A stretch of DNA of 64,000 nucleotides from an uncultured Chloroflexia bacterium (GTDB lineage: Bacteria > Chloroflexota > Anaerolineae > Anaerolineales > UBA4823). Below the pieces are notes generated by a model. The model had not been told where the DNA came from, searched no databases, and saw nothing but the letters and a program-made list of their open reading frames with translations. Made by a program: the position numbers and the translations under genes. Below are positions 57,965 to 64,000 of this stretch, one piece after another (the first letter of the stretch is position 1; each line of letters opens with the position of its first letter). The stretch covers positions 69,190-133,189 of the forward strand of contig CAVORW010000007.1 in NCBI GenBank assembly GCA_963698715.1, written 5' to 3'.

Positions 57965-58627
57965 TCACAAGACATTCTCCGAGAAATTCAATCCCGTGCG
58001 ATGCACTCGACAATGGGTAGGAATAGCACCGAGCACTTCTAGCACTTCTTCAGGCCGCCCGGTCGCCCCTTCTAAAGCGGACAGGCGGAAATTCAGGCGG
58101 GCATGAGATTGATCATCGTCACTTATGCGCTCAGCAGCAAGAATTAATGGGCGCAGATCATAGGTTTTCCCGCGCCGCACTCGTTCCAGGTTCTCGGCTT
58201 TCAGCAGATCTGCCAACCGGTCGTTCAATTCTGGGAAATCATCCAGGATTGTGATGATGTAATCGGTGCTGACCAAAATCGTTTGGAGGGTTGGGGCGCG
58301 TAGCTCAACCTTACGCACAACCTGGAGTTTAACCCCGGGTGGGGCAGCTTTGTTTAGTGCCGTGGCAATATCGTCTAATGAACGATCTTCTTCCAGCCAA
58401 ATATCAACAATCTCGCAGTCGCTGGTGAAACCCAGGGGTAAGGCAGATGCCAGATTGATGCGCGGATGAGGGTTATAGCCCTGGCTGTACGCTAACGGAA
58501 GGTTCGCCCGGCGGATTGTCCTCTCCCAGGTGCGATGCAGGTCAAGATGGCTGGTGTAACGCATGGCATCGGTTTTTGAAAAAATGATCCGCAAACGGGT
58601 TAGTTCACTGGTGGTTTGATCGGTCAC
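57965..58627 (-). CDS. TIGR03936 radical SAM-linked protein (DUF2344)
   Basis: RYTSHLDL.R.WER..RRA.LP..YSQG.NPHP. Confidence 0.88.
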   Translation of the reverse strand: MTDQTTSELTRLRIIFSKTDAMRYTSHLDLHRTWERTIRRANLPLAYSQGYNPHPRINLASALPLGFTSDCEIVDIWLEEDRSLDDIATALNKAAPPGVKLQVVRKVELRAPTLQTILVSTDYIITILDDFPELNDRLADLLKAENLERVRRGKTYDLRPLILAAERISDDDQSHARLNFRLSALEGATGRPEEVLEVLGAIPTHCRVHRTGLNFSENVL

Positions 58628-58638
58628 GGCATTTTCGC

Positions 58639-60576
58639 TTAATCTGCGGCCCCAACTTTTTCGAGCGGAACGAATTGATCCTTAAGCCGTACCCGTTTGG
58701 ATTTGACCTCAGGGCACTGCCAGACATCGCCTGGATTGATCCGGCGCAGATCTGCGAATGTGGGCAGAATACCACAGGCAAAGCAGCGTTCCCGGCAGTC
58801 CACTCTGGTTCGGCCTTGCAGGCTCCACAAGTAATCTTCAGTTAGATACTTTTTGCGAACACTGGTGGATATATGCTCCCAGGGGAAGGTTTCATCGATT
58901 GGTCGTTCACGATGGGTGTAGAAATCCGGGTCCAGACCAGCGTGAGAGAAGGCTTGCATCCAGGCATCAAAGTTGAAGTGCTCCTTCCAGGCGTCGAATT
59001 TGGCGCCGTTTTTCCAGGCCTGATAGATCACTTCAGCCATTCGGCGGTCCCCCCGCGATAACCAGGCTTCCAGCATGGTGTCTTCGGGAGAATTCCAATT
59101 GAGTTTCAGGCCCTGGCCACGCAGCTGGCGTTTGAGCAAATCTTGTTTGGCGCGGATTTGATCGACAGAATCACATGGCACCCACTGGAAGGGGGTGTGA
59201 GGTTTTGGGACGAATGTGCTCACCCCGGCTGTGACCTGAGCGCGCTTGCCAATCAGTTTTCTGCCTTCTGCCAGCACCGCTTTGGATAGATCAACGATGG
59301 CCTGTACATCTTCCAGGGTTTCGGATGGATGTCCGATCATGAAGTAAAGCTTTATATTGGTCCAGCCTCGCGAGTAGATCGCTCGGGCTGTTTCTAAAAG
59401 TTGTTCGGTGCTGACCGGCTTGTTGATGATTTCACGCATTCGTTCCGTAGCCGCTTCCGGAGCCAATGTGAACCCGCTGCGGCGTGAGTCTTTGAGGGCG
59501 TCCATCAGCTCAACCGAAAAACTTTCAATCCGGAGCGAAGGCAATGAGATGGAAAGATGCCGGTCGCCATAGCGCTCGCTGACCGCTTTGACCAGTTCAA
59601 GAATATGCGTATAGTCGGATGATGATAAGGAGAGCAGGCCGACTTCTTCAAAGCCAGTGTATTCGAGTGCTTCATCCAGGGCGCCAATAATTTCTTCAAC
59701 CGTGCGTTCGCGCACCGGCCGATTGATCATGCCGGCATGGCAAAAACGACAGCCGCGGGTGCAGCCGCGCATGATTTCTATTGGCACCCGATTGTGGACG
59801 GTATCGATATAAGGCACAATAAAACGGGTGAGTGGAGGTGGGAGTTTGGGCGCAATCCGTTTCATCACCGGGAGTTGCGCTTCTTCTGCCAGGGAAGTGA
59901 TCCCGGTAAAGGTGCCATCCGGTTCATACGCTGTTTCATAGAGTGCAGGGACATACACGCCCCAAATCCGCGCCAGGGCTAACAGAAGTTTATCTCTTGA
60001 AGCCCCGCTCTTTTGCCATTCCTGGTGAGCATCGATAATCTCATGGATAACTTCTTCGCCCTCTCCAATGACGAAGGCATCGATGAAGGCGTGCATCGGT
60101 TCAGGGTTGAAGGCCGCGTGGCCTCCGGCGATGATCAATGGGTGTTCGTTCTGGCGTTCGGCTGAAAACAGCGGCACTTCAGCCAGATCGAGAGCGTTCA
60201 GGGCGTTGGTATACAGGGTTTCGTAGGGCAGCGAGAAGCCTATGATATCAAAATTTGCCAAGGCATGTTTAGTTTCAAGCGAGTACAATGGCAAGTTTGC
60301 CTGACGCAAGGCCTGCTCCATGTCTGACCAGGGATTATATGCTCGCTCTGCGAGTGCGTCCGGGCGTTGGTTGACCTGATCGTAAAGAATTGCAATACCA
60401 AGGTTGGACATACCCAGGTCGTAAATATCAGGGAAGACAAGAGCAACTTTCGTCTTGGTCGTCTCCCAATTCTTAACTACCTGGTTAAGTTCACCTCCAG
60501 TGTAGCGACCGGGTTTCTGCACTTGCGGCAGAATTACTTCAAGTTTAGATTGAATTTCTTGGGGAGTAAGCACCAT
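58639..60576 (-). CDS. TIGR03960 B12-binding radical SAM protein
   Basis: VQKPGRYTGGELN, FPDIYDLGMSN, RGCTRGCRFC, TLAPEA, FVPKPHTPFQW. Confidence 0.92.
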   Translation of the reverse strand: MVLTPQEIQSKLEVILPQVQKPGRYTGGELNQVVKNWETTKTKVALVFPDIYDLGMSNLGIAILYDQVNQRPDALAERAYNPWSDMEQALRQANLPLYSLETKHALANFDIIGFSLPYETLYTNALNALDLAEVPLFSAERQNEHPLIIAGGHAAFNPEPMHAFIDAFVIGEGEEVIHEIIDAHQEWQKSGASRDKLLLALARIWGVYVPALYETAYEPDGTFTGITSLAEEAQLPVMKRIAPKLPPPLTRFIVPYIDTVHNRVPIEIMRGCTRGCRFCHAGMINRPVRERTVEEIIGALDEALEYTGFEEVGLLSLSSSDYTHILELVKAVSERYGDRHLSISLPSLRIESFSVELMDALKDSRRSGFTLAPEAATERMREIINKPVSTEQLLETARAIYSRGWTNIKLYFMIGHPSETLEDVQAIVDLSKAVLAEGRKLIGKRAQVTAGVSTFVPKPHTPFQWVPCDSVDQIRAKQDLLKRQLRGQGLKLNWNSPEDTMLEAWLSRGDRRMAEVIYQAWKNGAKFDAWKEHFNFDAWMQAFSHAGLDPDFYTHRERPIDETFPWEHISTSVRKKYLTEDYLWSLQGRTRVDCRERCFACGILPTFADLRRINPGDVWQCPEVKSKRVRLKDQFVPLEKVGAAD

Positions 60577-60676
60577 TAAGATCCTTATAACAATTGGTTA
60601 TATATAATTTGGGAGATTATAACAGAGGCTTATACAATTAATATTTTGCATTCAGCGTGCTTGGGGTGGGGAATGT

Positions 60677-60717
60677 GCAGTGCTGATGTGCTCGCATAAC
60701 CAGCACATCAGCACTGC
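60677..60717. repeat. Perfect 16-bp stem palindrome after ndk
   Basis: GCAGTGCTGATGTGCT-cgcataacc-AGCACATCAGCACTGC; no U tract. Confidence 0.65.
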
Positions 60718-60730
60718 CTCCAAAAAAGTT

Positions 60731-61180
60731 TCACTCCAAAACCCAGGCGTCGATTGCCCGATCCCAGGCGACCAGTTCTTCCGGCTTGAACCACAGGCTG
60801 ACTTCTTTCTCGCCATTTTCAGGCAGGTCCGATGCATGAGTCAGGTTGCGGCCAACCTCTAAGGCGAAGTCGTGGCGCAGAGAACCCGGGGCTGCTTCGG
60901 TCGGCCGGGTTGAGCCCATTGTCTGGCGCACTGCAGCTACAGCATTAGGCCCCTCCCAGACCATAGCCATCACCGGGGAAGAGGTAATATACCGGATCAG
61001 TCCCTCGTAGAAGGGTTTGCCTTTATGGATCCCGTAATGCGTTTGGGCTAATTCCAGGCTGACATCCATGAATTTGGCGGCCGTAAGTTTAAGGCCACGC
61101 CGCTCCAAGCGGCTAATCACCTCACCAATCAAACCGCGCTGAACGCCATCAGGTTTAACAAGAACCAGGGTTTTTTCCAC
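60731..61180 (-). CDS. ndk: Nucleoside-diphosphate kinase
   Basis: KPDGVQRGLIGE, HYG.H.GKPF, NLTHASD. Confidence 0.96.
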   Translation of the reverse strand: MEKTLVLVKPDGVQRGLIGEVISRLERRGLKLTAAKFMDVSLELAQTHYGIHKGKPFYEGLIRYITSSPVMAMVWEGPNAVAAVRQTMGSTRPTEAAPGSLRHDFALEVGRNLTHASDLPENGEKEVSLWFKPEELVAWDRAIDAWVLE

Positions 61181-61412
61181 TCAATTGCCTCCAATGGTTT
61201 TTAGTTTCTCTATCTTCGAATCGAATGTGTAGATAGTCTTAGAACTTACCCAGTTTGGGCAGGGTTGGGTGCCCAAATTTTCTCGGAACTGCGTGACTGC
61301 TAAGTTTTATAACACCCGCTTCCAAGTAGGATATTCTCGATACACAGTTTGCGAATTGCAAGAGTTCTCTCGCAATTCGCAATATGTTTCTAACTTCGAA
61401 CCGTAGGTGATT

Positions 61413-64000
61413 CTACTGGAACAGCTGTTCAGCCCGTGTATAAGCTTCGAGAGCATCCTGAACATGATTGGCCCGCATCTGTGCATCTCCGAGGGTCTGC
61501 CAAACGTCTGCATCATCGCTATGACGAAGCAGTATCTGGTTTAGATCGTAGATGACTTCTTCCAGTGATTTCTTTTGGAAAACCAATTCATTATATTTTT
61601 CCAGGGCTTCTTCCAGTGAACCGCCCAGCATCACTCGGCGTGCTTCAATCAGCTCCGGTAATGTGCCTGCGTCCACCGGCAGATCCAGGGGTTCCTCAGC
61701 AACTGTTTCAATGATTATCAAGTCTTCAACCTCTTGCAGCATGGATGGGCTGAAACCAGGAATTTGCTGCAAGTCTAAGGGATTCGCGAAAGGTCCGTTT
61801 TGTTCGCGGTAGATTATGATTTTTTGGGCCATGATAAAGCCGATCCCTGGCAGGCGTTCTAATTCTGCCAAAGAAGCCTGGTTCAGATCAAGTTTCTGCA
61901 ATGCGGGTTCAGCAGGCACCCAGGCGGTTTCTTCTTTCTCATCTGTGTCTTCCAGCCATGAAGGCAGCTCAGGCACCTCTTCCTGCTCGATCATCGCAGC
62001 GGATTCGGCAATCGCATCGATTGCTTCTTCAGCCTCATCATGTTCGACTTCGGCTTCGATATCGCTTAGCCAGTCTGGCAAATCGGGGGTCTCTTCAACG
62101 CTTTCCGAGACTTCAATGGTTTCTTCGATCATCATTGGCTGCGTCTCAGGTGCTACTTCATCTGCCGATTCGATCTTCTCCTCATAGCTTTCCTGAACTT
62201 GATCAGCACCGAACTGCTTATCGAGTGCAGATTGGATCCACTCAGGAGGACCCTCGAGCCGTTCTTCAGGTTCGAGCAGCAGCGCTTCGTCAGCGCCTTG
62301 CTTCACAGCCAGACTTTCCAACCAAGCGAAATCCGCATCCGCGTCCGACATTGTTTCATCGCCTGCCAATGGTTCGCCCGCTAGTTCTGGCGCTATGCTA
62401 TCGGCGTCTGGCTCAACAGCCGGTGACTCCTCACCGACAGCGTCGCTGATTGAAGAGATCAAGGTTGGGCTGTCCCCAGGTAATCCAGCATCTGCTTCCT
62501 GAGGACCGAGTCCCAGCCGGGTCGGTTTGGTGTCACCTTCGATAATTGGTTCTTCCATACCAGCTAACACGTCCTCTTGGGGTTCAGCCAGCTGTTCCTG
62601 CTCCACAGCCTCTTCGGTTGGCTCCTGCAGCCAGTCCGGCAGTTCTTCCTCAATGTCCTGACCGGTTGCCCCTGCCTGTTCTTGTTCAAGTTGCATGGTT
62701 TTCAGCCATTCTGGCAGTTCTTCGGCAGGTTGAGCGGGCTCCTCGTCCTCCAACTGGGAGGCCTCAATGTCTTCTTCGAGCCAGTCTGGAAGTTCTTCTT
62801 CTATCTCATCACCCGTCTCGATAACTTCGCCGGCTTCTTGCAGCCAATCTGGCATCGTCTCGGGCTGGTCGAGACCTTCCTGGTCAGCCAGGATTTCTCC
62901 TGCTTCCATTTCCAATCCAGAGAGTTCTTCGATTGCTTCTTCCGGCAGAATTTCTGCTTGCTCAGATACTTCAACCTGTGATTCGAGCCCCTGCTCTGCA
63001 AGCATCGCTGCTATCTCGGGGGTCTCGTCAAGCTCTGGCTCTGAAATCAGATCAGCCTGCCCCGCTGCTTCCGTTTCAGAACTCGATAGCTGCCTGCACC
63101 CATTCCGGAGGGGTTTCGACCCTATCTTCCGGGCTAAGGAGCAGCGCTTCGTCCGCGCCCTGTTTCACAGCCAGACTCTCCAGCCAGGCAAAGGCAGAAT
63201 CGGCATCCATTGCATCTAATTCAGCGCTTTCTTCAAGGCCGGATACGGGAGCCGCCTCCTGCTCATCCAATACCGGTTCTTCGTCTTTCTCCAGCGTTTC
63301 GGGGACTGCTTCACCCAGCTCCGCTACGATTTTTTCCGTGGGGATGTCCACTGCTAACCCTTCATCGGGCAAGGCTTCTGCTTCGGCCTGAATTGCATCG
63401 GTGCCTGTTTCTGCCTGCATTTCAATCAGAGAATCAGGCGCTTCAACCGCTGGCTCGCCGGCCGGTTCTCCTTCATCTGCGATCATCCAGGGTTGGAGCT
63501 CCTCGGTCGGGATCGCTTCTTCATCGATCTCAATTTTGGCTGTTTCTAATTCCGTTTCTTCTACGGGAGCCATTTCCAGCCAATCGGGAGTCTCTTCGAT
63601 GCTGATCGTTTCGTCTGGTATGGCTTGATCGATTACAGCTTCGCCTGCTTCCGTCTCAGTTTCGTCGATCGAGTCGGGTACTTCAATAGATGCTTCTGGT
63701 TCAACTGCCTCTTCGCCTTCACCAGCCTTCTCCTGCAGCCAATCCGGTAAATCCTCCGCTGCTTCGAGCTCGCTTTCAATTTCTGGCTCGGAAATTACGG
63801 TTTCCTCCGCTCCCATTTCCTTCAACCAATCCGGGATTTCTTCCGCCAGTTCTGCTTCAGCTTCAGCGCTCTCAGCGATCAGTGCTTCACTTGTTGGTGC
63901 AGCGGCTTCTTCGGTTTCAACCTCTTGCAGCCAATCGGCCAATTCATCGGTTGCTGAAGCCTCTTCCGGAGTTTCAAGGGCTGTCGCTGTTGGCAACTCC
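61413..64000 (-). CDS. Very large acidic repeat protein with a ComEA-like HhH and C-terminal TPR (5' end outside window; +1 frameshift near 63080)
   Basis: ORFs 63076-63996 and 61413-63005 join if one A at 63080-63081 is removed (..AAIESETEAAGQADLISEPELDETPEIAAMLAEQ..). P[DE]WL repeats, LDLNQASLAELERLPGIG, WQTLGDA...ALEAY. Confidence 0.75.

Overview
About 64 kb of a bacterial chromosome, probably Chloroflexota (Anaerolineae-like), inferred from gene content. Most genes lie on the minus strand. Main blocks: (1) 1-11.3 kb, a CarH/LitR B12 photoreceptor divergent from a run of nine or more genes (TIGR01777 epimerase, SRPBCC, CrtD-like desaturase, L-LDH, aldo-keto reductase, CPD photolyase, ABC ATPase, YghO/bCerS-like GNAT, FtsX-type permease). 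Both back-to-back sigma70 promoters and three 11-bp-phased CarH-type operator repeats are readable. (2) 11.5-28.5 kb, housekeeping and hydrolase genes (tRNA-His, hisS, M24 and M14 peptidases, GH31, R2lox, AAA ATPase, rph, FHA-GAF adenylate cyclase). (3) 28.6-44.8 kb, a MoxR-DUF58-VWA-ABC cluster. (4) 50.7-56.7 kb, an AT-richer islet next to tRNA-Arg(CCG) with a dead excisionase-like gene, an intact IS1-family element (25-bp IRs, 8-bp TSD), a MalT-like regulator and a CPBP protease. (5) prsW, the TIGR03936/TIGR03960 radical-SAM pair, ndk and a very large acidic repeat protein with HhH and TPR domains. Two genes carry +1 frameshifts, both at GANTC sites, which suggests methylation-linked sequencing errors. 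A family of REP-like hairpins occurs in the intergenic regions. No CRISPR array or rRNA was seen. All family calls are by motif recognition; no database searches were run.
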